A stretch of 35,019 bases of DNA from a virus (Duplodnaviria; Caudoviricetes): IMG/VR virus record IMGVR_UViG_3300027813_000037, positions 1 to 35,019 of that record; one strand, 5' to 3'. A model generated the notes under the pieces. The model was not told the origin of the DNA and searched no databases. It saw nothing but the letters and a program-made list of their open reading frames with translations. A program made the translations under genes and the position numbers. Positions 17,101-28,100 of the stretch are shown piece after piece (position 1 is the stretch's first letter; the number at the start of each line of letters is the position of its first letter).

Positions 17101-18415
17101 TGATGACAACATCATTAAAACAACTGCAAGTAATAGTAATTTAGAACTAAGAGCTAACGGCACAGGCAATATTTCTGTTCCTAGTAATAATGTTGTAATT
17201 GACCAAGACTTAACAGTTAATTCAGTTACAAACTTAAAAAATACTAATATTGTCGGTAACGTAACACATACTGGAAATGTTAACCAAGTTGGTAATATTA
17301 ATTTAACAGGTAATTTAGATGTCACTGGCGAAGTTATTATCAGTGCAAGTATTATCCAGTTTGAAGAAATACAAATTTCAGGCAACACGGTTACTACTAC
17401 TGATTCAAATAGTAATTTAGAATTAAGAGCAAATGGCACAGGTAATATTTTTGTACCATCTAACAATGTACAAATTACAAATAACTTAGCAGTTGACGGT
17501 ATAATTACTGTAGGAAATATTACTAGTACAAGTTTAATCACAGCAGATAGTATTACAACAGGTGATATTTTAATTGATAATAATGTTATCACTACAACTA
17601 ATGCAAACAGTAATCTAGATTTAAGAGCAAATGGTTCAGGGTCTATTGTTATAGACACGTTTGGATTTAATACTTCAACGATTACAACCAGTGGAGACTT
17701 TACTATTGCCCCAGGCAGTAATATTTTAAATATTAATGCAACTGGAGCAGTAAAACTTCCAACAGGTACAACTGCACAACGGCCATCAGCAGCTTCAGGC
17801 CAACTTCGATATAACACAGATTTAAATAGATTTGAAGGTTACAATGGAACTAACTGGATTAACGTTAAAGGTGTCGAAGACTTAGATGGTAACACTAAAG
17901 TTACTGCTGAAAACGCTGAAGGTACAAATGATGATATAATTAGATTTATCGTTGCAGGAAGTACTATAGCAACAATAGATTCAACCAAATTAACTGTTCC
18001 TAGACTAGATGTAGATGATATTCGTGTAGACGGAAATGTTATAACTACTACTAACGGAAATAAGAATTTACAATTATCAGCAAATGGAACTGGGTCTGTT
18101 AAGTTTGATAACTTTGCTTTTAAAGGAAACACAATAACAAATACAGTAAACAATAGTATTACTTTGTTTGAAAACACTAACAACGGGTATGTTAAGTTTG
18201 ACGGAACATACGGTATCGTACTACCAACAGGCGCAAGTGGCGATCGACCTCCGCTTGAATTTACAGAAACAGGACAAGTACGATTTAACACTACTGACAA
18301 TCGTGTTGAAATCTGGGATAGCACTAACTGGGTTTCGGTAGCTGGTGCTGCTTCGGGTATTACAAGAAACGATGCAGAAGAAATTGCACTATCAACAGTA
18401 TTAGTATTAGGATAA
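14126..18415 (+). CDS. Giant fibre-like virion protein (1429 aa), tandem paralog of 8206..13980
   Basis: Shared N-terminus (GRISG.LL..NL.RNG.DL.F), beta-helix core (SPYI..TV.T, SMLFHS.TFI.PG, VRVEWLNSFTYFANRG) and C-terminal architecture. RBS GAGGAG. Confidence 0.85.
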   Translation: MAVGRISGPLLKENLIRNGIDLAFETDLLYLDVNSQRIGINTNSPTHELQVSGTTKAVDLIVDTQADIGEVTIVGNTISSTNAYLNLATLDTVVALNKIRIDSIDIEGNAITTNSSNANLELRPNGTGTVDVHSDLNVTGNIHASGNISADGNIVIGDQATDNVIFNAEIASDIIPAATNTYSLGSDPTGGGKEWNDVYVNNLVATSINSDSLAVDGVDLTFRNGNMLYVSENGDDTNTGTHVLDPFASIKQALSTATAGDVIHISPSVYTEIFPLTIPAGVTVKGEGIRGVSIQPTTATRYKDAFLLNGETTVEDVTITGFFSGRNNFIIASGGAASGTLTVNVGVTTQAHAYVSGGRITNNSKSINVAITGSTYNHTTGVLTVTYTGTAPANGAEVFLEGLIFSCNGGNRTFPDNGYAFRFATDYVVTSRSPYIRNITVITSGSTTTAEDPRGFNAGDAGKGAYIDGAYATTVSKEASMLFHSATFITPGVDAISATNGVRVEWLNSFTYFANRGFHAYDSYDGKYGTGKTKLTLAGVSGAFAQGNTLTITSTDASTVLTGTISSVDGADVYVNGYLDLNGFDLTPQSIANGLGATATSIASYDLRSFGAEVRMIGSASVYGNFGLVGNGPGTIIYAIGQNLAYIGTGKEVTNEPLEVIQANEVVEINGAKVRYNSVDHKGDFRVGDLFYVNQDTGNVTFAVNDFTINTDNGVSFVTGSDTTFVDGTKVETGDWRISANTVETLTLDANFEAATGNINLNSNVNVNGNLDVTGNVTIAGNITIGDEASDTIQIVAGIDSNITPKVNDTYSLGEETKIWNNLYVNEVNLDNIVIRENYIKTTDSNSNLELRANGTGKVYVPSNDVLLDEDLRVVGTSNLNTVVLAGNVTQTGNVTQTGNIDLTGNMGITGNLTVSAAAQFENINIENNIITTTASNSDLELRATSFGNILIPNNDVTINNDLYVTGTITVGDINSAGTITANRFSTGDILIDDNIIKTTASNSNLELRANGTGNISVPSNNVVIDQDLTVNSVTNLKNTNIVGNVTHTGNVNQVGNINLTGNLDVTGEVIISASIIQFEEIQISGNTVTTTDSNSNLELRANGTGNIFVPSNNVQITNNLAVDGIITVGNITSTSLITADSITTGDILIDNNVITTTNANSNLDLRANGSGSIVIDTFGFNTSTITTSGDFTIAPGSNILNINATGAVKLPTGTTAQRPSAASGQLRYNTDLNRFEGYNGTNWINVKGVEDLDGNTKVTAENAEGTNDDIIRFIVAGSTIATIDSTKLTVPRLDVDDIRVDGNVITTTNGNKNLQLSANGTGSVKFDNFAFKGNTITNTVNNSITLFENTNNGYVKFDGTYGIVLPTGASGDRPPLEFTETGQVRFNTTDNRVEIWDSTNWVSVAGAASGITRNDAEEIALSTVLVLG
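16658..17641 (+). repeat. SNSNLELRANGTG-type fibre repeats with alternating ~275/198-nt spacing
   Basis: Motif starts at 16658, 16931, 17129, 17405 and 17603 (spacings 273, 198, 276, 198 nt). Confidence 0.85.
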
Positions 18416-18419
18416 TAAA

Positions 18420-18749
18420 ATGGCAACTACATTTAGAAACAAAGTAGTAACAGGTATTGGCACATCATATGAAGAAGTGTTAGCCACTAACGATAACAAT
18501 CGTATTACGGTAGTTGGATTTAGTTTAGCAAACTTAACTGAAGGAGTGGTACTTATTAACGTACAGCTTCGTGACGCAGATAGTTCCACTGGATATTACG
18601 CAAAAGAAATGATTCTCCCCCCGAACACTAGTTTACGTGTATTAAACGGCGGCGAGAAACTGATTTTAACACCAAACAATAACTTATATGTAAGCTCAAA
18701 TGTTGCTGATAGTATCGACTGCATTTTAAGTACTGTAGAAATTGTTTAA
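18420..18749 (+). CDS. Small putative virion protein (109 aa), paralog of 7134..7487
   Basis: Pattern V.G..LAN......I.V......ILPPNTSL......KLIL...N.L.V......S.VEI. Confidence 0.8.
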   Translation: MATTFRNKVVTGIGTSYEEVLATNDNNRITVVGFSLANLTEGVVLINVQLRDADSSTGYYAKEMILPPNTSLRVLNGGEKLILTPNNNLYVSSNVADSIDCILSTVEIV

Positions 18750-18760
18750 GGAGATATAAG

Positions 18761-19141
18761 ATGGCATCAACACATTACGTAGGTCAAACACCTAGCATCA
18801 CTGAACTATTAGGCGAAGGACAGCCGAGATACTTTTACGCATTGCGTAGAACAGAAGACGGCACATTATTCTTTGCAAAGATTGATCAACTTAAAGATGT
18901 TGACACAATCACAATTAACAATCCAGGAGCAGCCACTGGCGACTTTACTGAATTTGAATACGGAGTTGACTTTTTTGACGGACGTATTGAATCAGATCAC
19001 AGCAGGCCGTACGAAAACTTACAATGGGATCAATACCGTTGGGATAACAAAAACATGTATTACTATGTAAACAGCGAAGGTGAACTAGTAGTAAGAATCA
19101 ATCAGTCATATGCATATGACGCAACACAGATAGTCACATAA
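18761..19141 (+). CDS. Hypothetical protein (126 aa), probably structural
   Basis: Strong RBS AAGGAG. Located in the structural operon. No recognisable domain. Confidence 0.8.
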   Translation: MASTHYVGQTPSITELLGEGQPRYFYALRRTEDGTLFFAKIDQLKDVDTITINNPGAATGDFTEFEYGVDFFDGRIESDHSRPYENLQWDQYRWDNKNMYYYVNSEGELVVRINQSYAYDATQIVT

Positions 19142-19144
19142 ATA
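19137..19144 (+). promoter_or_regulatory. Late promoter variant CATAAATA overlapping the upstream stop codon
   Basis: ATAAATA about 32 nt before the 3026 aa gene. Confidence 0.55.
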
Positions 19145-19176
19145 TACTATAATACATAGGATCAAGGAACCGCACA

Positions 19177-22100
19177 ATGTCAGAATTTAGAATCAGTAGA
19201 TTACGTTTTTCTTGGGTAGGAGAATGGATAGATCAAACTTCTTACAACAAGGACCAAATTGTTCAATACGAAGGTAAAGCATATGTATGCTTAGTACCTC
19301 ACACTTCAAACTCGTTCTATCTTGACTTAGGCGCAGTTACTCCTAAGTGGGACTTAATGATGACTGGACAGACTTGGAAAGGTCCGTGGCAGCAGTTTAC
19401 ATTTTATAGCTTAGATAATATTGCAATTTTTGGTGGTATTGTTTATAAATGTAATACACAACACACTAGCGGTTCAGTACTAGATACTGATATTGTAAAG
19501 TGGGATGTGTACGCAGAATCTAAAACATGGCAGAGTGAATGGACAACATCAACTAGTTACGGAATCGGAGATATTGCTCAATACGGCGGTTCATCTTACG
19601 AATGTATAGTTTCTCACACATCGGCAGCTACTGACACTGACGGTTTAGAAGCAGACTATTTTGGTATTGATAGTACGCTTATTAAGTGGAAACTTGTTAA
19701 AGAAGGAATTCAGTGGAGAGGCTTATTTGATGATAGAGCTGTTGACTCTACAGAAGTAAGATATAAATTAAACGATATAGTTAAGTATGGCCCAAGTGTA
19801 TACAAATGTATTGAAGGACACGTACCAGCAGCGGCATACATAGATGATTCTAATCTTGGAGTATATACAAGTAGTGCATTAGCGGCAGATGCAACTAATG
19901 GAGCAGTATTTGACAAAAGTCTAACAGTTAACGGTCTTAAGATTGTTGTAGCAGCTGAACACGGTGTAGGATTAATACCAGAAACGTTTGTAAATAAAGT
20001 TGCAAGAATGGTTCAGCTATTCTTAGACAGAGATGGCGCAGGGATCGATGATCCAGCCCAAGAAAATTTAATTGCAACACTAAAAGGTGATGTAGGTACT
20101 GCACATGCAGGATATCCAACAGCACAGCGTATGGGGTACGGTAGTGGAGCATCATATACACCTAATTGGTTAGAAGATGCAGGTATTCCAAGTTATTCAG
20201 GATATCAAGCATTTTTAGATAGTAATGCAGTTAATGACATGGTTTGGTATTTAAATTCAAGCAGCAGTCGTCCAGGCAATGGCGACGATGACGCAGCAGA
20301 AGTAATCGAACACATATTTCATACACTGCATTTGTTTGGTGTAAGTGGAGCAAAAGCTGGATCAGCAGCGGCACTATCTTATGATCCTGACTTAGATGCT
20401 AACTGGGCAACAAGTGCATTGTATCTTGCAATGGAAGAAGCTATCGCAGCAAGCGTATTTGACATTAGTGGATATGGTGACGGTAATCTTGCAACAGCAG
20501 AAACTTATAAAGTTGCATCTAAAGAATATACATATTTGCTTAACTTTGTAATGTTTGAATATTCAAGCTTGTGGGACGGTAGCAGTCTTGCTCCAGAGTG
20601 GAATGATAATTCAAGAACACCTGCTGGTGTGCTTGCTAATAACCCATTAGGTTATGCTTTGTTTAACATTTACTTTTCAACAGTTATATCAAAACCATCT
20701 TTAGCAACTATTAGAAGTATATTCCAAGACAATGATGCAGGCGCTTCTGGGTATGTTCCCCAGATACAAAATGCACCAAACGTATTAGAAGATACGTTTA
20801 CATCATCTTACTGGGAACTTTGGCTGCCAGGTCTTGATTTTGACTCTGTATGGCTTGCTAATGTAATTTACCAACCAGGTGACGTTGTACTATATGGTGG
20901 TTACTTATATCAAAGTTTAACAATTAATAACATTAATCAAAAGCCTTCGTTTAATACAGGTGCAGGAGAAGAATGGGATATAATAAGCAAAGCATATGAT
21001 GTATCAGGCGCATGGTCTAGTGCAGAAGAATACTTAATTGGTAGTGTCGTAACATACGGCGGCGACCTTTATGTTGCACTTACAGACAGTACAAACCAAG
21101 CACCGGGTAACTTTACTATAGATGCAATTTATGAATCAACTGGCTCAACTGGTACTACTATTAAATTAGACACATTAGATAGTACTGACCCTAGAGGAAT
21201 TACAGTAGGCATGACAGTTATTGGCGAAGGGTTTGCCTATGGTCAAACAGTACAGTCTGTTAGTACTGACGGTGATATAACTACAGTTGTGTTAACTGCA
21301 CCGCCAAGTGGCACCATTCCAGACAGCGCAGTACTAACATTTGCAGGAGCTAATTGGTCTTATTGGGAATTAATGATTCCGGGATTTAGTTGGGAAGGTA
21401 AATGGGCAACTGGAACTCTTTACAATCAAGATGATATTCTATATTACGGTAATGCAACATATGTATGTACTAGAGAACACACATCTGCTCTTGTAAATAG
21501 ACCAGATAACGATTTACAGAATAATTATTGGACAGTATACTTACAGCATGATAAGACTAATGCACTAACCCAAAAGGGTGAAATTATTATTCAATCTAGT
21601 GGCGAAAAGACACCACTTCAAATTGGCGCACAAACAAACGTATTAAAAGTTGTAGGCGAATTGCCTGCTTGGAGAGAAACTGACTTTACACCAAACGTGT
21701 ATTATGTTGCTACTAACGGGCTCGATACTCCATTAAATGGTACAACTGCTGACACTGCTTGGAAAACAATTAAGTACGCTGCTGAACAAGTTGCAAAAGG
21801 AACTGGCAAAGCAAATGAAAAAGCATTGTTAGAAGCTAACAAGACTTGGGCAGTAGAAGAAACATACGCTTGGTTCTTATATCAACAAAATCAAGATATT
21901 TCACCGTTTGATTTTTCAGTGGACTTCCTGGAAGAATCAACTAAACGTGATATTCGATACACACTAGATGGTGTAGTAACTGATTTGTCAAGAGGACAGA
22001 ACGCAAGAACTGTTACAAATGCACTATCGTATTTTGATCTAGAAAGTACAAATAGGTACACTAACCAAACTGTTGCTGATCAAGCAATATATTATACGGC

Positions 22101-25100
22101 AGTAATTGGACAGCTATTTAACTTCTTAGAATTAGCACTAACTAACACTGCTCCGGCTCAGAGCTTCCAGGTATTAGAAGGATATGCTAGTCCAGTTCAG
22201 CAATATTTTAATGCTGCTTTAACAATCGAAGCTGACACTATTACTATTTTAAATAGCTTAGAAGGCATTATTAGAATTCCGTTAGAAGCAGGATCGCCTG
22301 CTAGTATACCACCAGCAAACCAAGGTGCGTATACTACAATTAATCTTAAATCAGGCACGTATGAAGAAGCACTACCGATTGTACTTCCTCCAAAAACTGC
22401 ATTAAATGGGGACGAACTTCGTGGAGCAGCAATTAAGCCTTTAAATCCTATTAATACATTATGTACAAGAACATTTGGCGATATTAACGAATTCCGTGTT
22501 GGGTCAACAGTTAACATGGTTAATAATACTCCAGTACAATTTGTATCATTAAATCCAGTTGACGAGATTAGTACAAAAATAGGCGGCCCAAATATTGTTC
22601 AAGGTATAACATATTATGTAATTGGTTCGTCGATTAGAGATGATGCATTTAGGGTTAGTGCAACACCAGACGGCGAAGAAGTATTGCTAGCAACTAATAT
22701 TGGTTATATGTATGTATACGGCGGAAACGCCTTAAATGATATGATACGTGTACAAAATGGTTGTGGTGTGCGTAACTTAACAATGAGTGGCCTATTAGGT
22801 ACACTTACTCCGCAAAATGAATATTCAACACGTAGACCGTCAGGTGGATCGTTTGTTGCACTAGATCCAGGAACAGGTGTAAATGACACTACTGCTTGGA
22901 TTACTAATAAATCACCATATATACAAAACGTTACTAACTTTGGCACAGGCTGTGTAGGTTTAAAAATTGATAGTACTTTACACGCTGGCGGTAATAGATC
23001 GATAGTATGTAACGACTTTACACAAATTATATCAGACGGTATTGGTGTTTGGTGTACTGGCGGTGATTCGCTAGTAGAATGTGTATCTGTGTTCTCGTAC
23101 TATAACTACACAGGATACTTTGCAGAAGACGGTGGACGTATACGTGCTACTAACGGTAACAGTTCATATGGACAATTTGGCGCTATTGCAGAAGGATTTG
23201 ATATTTCAGAAACTCCGGCAGTTGGTAATGTTAACAACAGAAGTACCCAATCATCAGCAAGTGCAGTAAGTGCGCTAGGAACAAATGCTGAAATTTTAAA
23301 AATAGCATTTGCTCATGCAGGCGAAGAGTACTATACAACAACAACAAACGTATTAACACAAAGTAATAATCTTATTAATAGTGATTGGTTAACAGATGGA
23401 AATCTTAACATTGTTAAAGCAGCAACAACACCTTTTGTAAATGAAGATGCCTGGAAAATTGAAGGCATCACTAACTTAACTGATTCTAGTTATTTTTACC
23501 AAGACGTTGCTGTATCACCGCAAGGTAGAGTTTATACTGGAGTTTCGGGTACCAACGAAGACGGATCAGGAATTGATGCAACATTTAATGTAACAGTATT
23601 CAGCGACGGATATCAAGTTAGTGTAAATCAAGGCGGCAGTGGTTATGTTGTTGGAAACCAAATTAGACTTAATGGCCAATTGTTTGGAGCTCAACCTACA
23701 GTTAACGATATTATTGTTCAAGTTGATACACTTTCTATTACTGCAATCTTAACAGTTAGCCACGACGGTACTGTGCCAGTTGGAACTTCATTGCCCTATA
23801 CTGCAAGTATCTATGCTAAAAAAGGAACAGCAACATATTTTGATATGTATTCAATATTCTCTGGATACGGTACTAGAACGTCTGCTGTAAGATTTAATTT
23901 TACTACAGGTGCATTAGTAACAGTAGCTGATCCTGATACTGGAAAAGTTCCAGATACATATACTGCAACTATTCTTGAAGATGATTGGTATAGAATTTCT
24001 TATACATTCTGGGACATAACTGCACAAAATACTTCATTGCGTTTTAAAGTATATCCTCGGGGTGTTGATGGACTTTCTGGATCAACTAACTTCTATGGCG
24101 CTCAACTACAAACAGGAGAGCTGACATTTTTCTTAGAAACAGATAGTACTACACCTACTTCGTATGCAAACGTCAATGTAAGTGGCGCAGGCAGAGATGC
24201 TATGATTATTGCAGACGAATTGCGTAGTGGTTCTGTATTCCAAACTCGTGTATTAGAAAGTTCGGCATTTACGTCAGGTGGGTTAGGATATAAATTCCAA
24301 ACAAACAACGCACAGTCGGGTGATACAGAGCACTTAGTACTTGCTGGATCCGAAGTTGCAACTGCTCCAATATATGAAAGCATGCGCCTAAGTATTTCAA
24401 GTGGCCAAGGGTCGGGACAGTATGGTATCATATCGCAATACAATGCAGGTTCTAAACGTGCTGATGTGCTTAAAGAATCATTTGAATCTTTAGAAATAAC
24501 TACAACTACTGCATCTACAGATAGATTTAGATTAGATAATGATGCAGACTTCCATACAGTATATACTGGACAGAAGATACAGTTTACTCCAACATTTTAC
24601 GATATTGATGTTGACTCTACAGCACAAAGTTCTACACAAGTACTTGGGTGTTTAGGAGATTTAAACAACTATATGTACGTAACTAGTACTGCGCAATTAA
24701 AAGTTGGTCAAAAAATTAACTTTACTGGTACACCATTTGGCGGCGTAGCTGTAGGATTTGAATATTTTATTATTAATGTTATTGACGATACGTCAATTCA
24801 AGTGTCAACATCATTAGGTGGTGGCGTTTGGCCATTGTCAAACGTTAATATTGAAGACCCGGCAGGCGCTCCGATTGTTTTAACAACTGAGTATGCACAA
24901 TTTACATTAAACTTTCCGTCTAACACAAGTTACTTGTATGGCACAAGCACAGCAGACATGAGTGTTGGACTACCTGTACAATTTACTGGTACAAGTTTAG
25001 GTGAAGTTGTTCTAGGCCAAACTTATTTTATTCATGACATATATGATGCAAACCGTTTTTCAATATCGGCAAATAGATTAACTTTTGACACAACTGAAAC

Positions 25101-28100
25101 AATTTCTTCTACTAATAGTTTAACTATTGCTGATACATCTACATTAATTCCATTAAACCCTATTACTTTTAGATCAGGCGTTATTGGCGGATTAGCTGAA
25201 AAAACACAGTATTGGATTAATACTTTATTAGACGGTACTACATTTACATTATCAGACACTGTAATAACAACTGCTGCTACTGCATCTCAAGCAGTGACTA
25301 ACTTGATTACAGTTACTAGTACTGCTGGATTTATTCCAGGAACACCTATTATCTTAACAGGTACAACTTTTGGCAGCATTGAAAACGATAAAGTTTATTA
25401 TATTCAGGTTGTTAACGATGCAACAACATTTACTATTAGTGAAACAGCATCAGGCTCAGCAGTTCCGTTACTAACAGCAGTTGGTAACATTATTGTTAGA
25501 ACACTTGCAAACACTGTTGCTGTTACAGACGCTACTGGTACAATGATTACGCAAACACCTGGTGCTAAAGCAACAGTTTCAGCAGGCGGTGGAGCAACTA
25601 TGGGAGCTTCATTCTATACTGAAACATTTGGCGGAATTGCCCTAGGCACAACATACTATGTTCTTGAGAAAATTGAAACAACTCCTGCAGATGTATATAC
25701 ATCATCAGGTAACTGGACAGTTGATACAACGTGGGTTGGAAACACAATAAATATTGGCCTTGACTCTTCGCCAGCAGCAGCACTTCTTACTGCATTAGGT
25801 ACACTAGGTGAAGATTCGACATTAGCTGCATTTACAATGACAGATACTACTTACGGAGCACTAACAGTTACATTAACTGGCGGAAGTCAATGGTCGGAGA
25901 CACCAGCTGGCGGTGTAATTATACAAGGAGCTACAGTACAAACAGCTCCGGGTGGAGCAGGTGGAGCTACTCAAATAACAAGTATGTCGCTACCAACAGG
26001 AGCACCTGTTATTAAAGAAATGACAATTGAAACAACGTTAGGCAGCGGTACTCCGGTACAGCTGATACAAGACGTTGGATCAATGCAAATTGGCGCAGTA
26101 GGATGGGACCACATTAATCCAGGCACTCCGTTAGTTACAGTGTTTGATTCAACAACTGTGTATACGATTTCACCAAGAGTTAAATATTCTCCACCACCAT
26201 TTACACAAACAGCAATGACAACTCTTGCATCGGCTGAGCTATTTAAAGTAATTGCTTCAAATGGATTCTATCCAATAGCAATACCTGAATCAGGTGATCA
26301 AGCATATTCTACATCAGATTACTTAGCTTGGAATGTAACTATTACGTTACCAAAAATAGGTGACACTGTTGTACAAATTGAAGATCCAGATAACCCTGGC
26401 TCATTAATTAATAACCCTACGTATAACGGCGGCTGGGTAGATTTAGTTTATGGAAATAACACCTGGGTACTTATATCCAGAACTGGTAATGTATTATACT
26501 CTGTTTCAGAAGGCCAAACTTGGTTAAGTGCAGAATTGCCGACATTAGGCACTGGTGAAGTTTATACTTCAGTAGCGTACACTAACGGTGCATTTGTTGC
26601 AGTAGGCACGTCAAGCAAATCAGCATATTCAGTGAACAATGGTAATACTTGGACCGAAGTTGATCAAACTATAGATAACGATGAGTGGGTTGATTTAGCA
26701 GCAGGTGCCGGAACATTTGTTGCAATAGCCGGTTCGTCTCACGCAATTAAGTATAGTAATAATAGCGGCGCAACTTGGACAGAAGGAACTGTAGATACAT
26801 CAGGCGATTCAACAATTAATAACTGGCGCCAAATTAAATTTGGTAACGGAAGATTTGTTGCAGTATCAAGTGATTTAAGATCAGCAGTATATAGCTTTGA
26901 TGGAGTAACTTGGTATAACTCCAATTTAGCAGTACAGGGTGAAATACTTGAATACGGCAATGGAGTATTTTTATTATTGAATACGTTAACAGGAGTTTGC
27001 TGTCAGTCAAATGACGGTCTAGATTGGAAAGTTGTACCAGGGGACATATCGGCTTATACTGGTTTAGGATTTAGCTTCGACGCTACTACTAAACGAGGGT
27101 GGTTCTTAACGCTTTCAACTGATGGCATTGCACATAAGATATCAACTGGAGCACAAGCGCAAGCAACAGCGTCGATTACAGCTACTAAGTTAACTGGCTT
27201 TAATATGTTAGCTAGCGGATCAGGATATACTACTTTGCCTACTTTGCTTCTTAAAGATCCAAACAATTCTAAAGACGCAATTACTGAAGTGCGTATAGGC
27301 GATGGCGTATTAGGTGCACCGACATTTACAAATTACGGTTCAGGATACAGTACAACTTCTACATCAATTGCTATTAATGGCAGCGGCTACGCAGATATAT
27401 TCCAAACAGGATTACGTATTATCCTTAAGAATCTAACTAGATTGCCACAACCGGGTGATAACATTGAATTTACAGGAGTTGATGAAACATATCGTGTTGC
27501 TAAAGCAACTGTACTAAGAGGAACAACTATTCCAAACTTAGAAGCATCGGTACAGATATCACCGACTATGAGCGAAGTATTATCTCCAGCGCATAACACA
27601 ACATTCTCAATGCGTTCAAGATTTAGTCAAGTACGTTTAACTAACCATGACTTCCTAAATATTGGTTTTGGTAACCAGCTACAGTCTAATTATCCTGGAC
27701 TACCTGAGAACACAAACTTAGAACCGCAGGACGAAATACAAGAAACAAATAATGGACGAGTATTTTATAGTTCAACTGACCAAGATGGTAACTTTAGAGT
27801 AGGTGACTTGTTTGCAGTTGAACAAGCAACGGGTATTGTTACGTTGAGTGCCGACGAGTTTGGACTAGACGGACTAACAGAACTTTCGATTGGTGGTGTT
27901 GCACTTGGTGGATCACCAGTAGTTGTAACGCAGTTTTCAACAGATGGTACATTTGTTGCTAACTCCAATACTATTGTTCCAACAGAAAAAGCAATCAAAA
28001 CCTACTTAACAGGTAGATTGTCGCAAGGTGGCTCGGATACATTTACTGGATTGCTAACAGCAGGTACAGTTAAAGTAGGCGGACCAGACGAAATTACATC

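Noticed and set aside
14074-18589. Long minus-strand ORFs (e.g. 16639..17817, 17839..18426, 14074..14550) and similar ones throughout the window
   Set aside because: All overlap long plus-strand genes, and their openness is explained by plus-strand codon bias. No recognisable domains.
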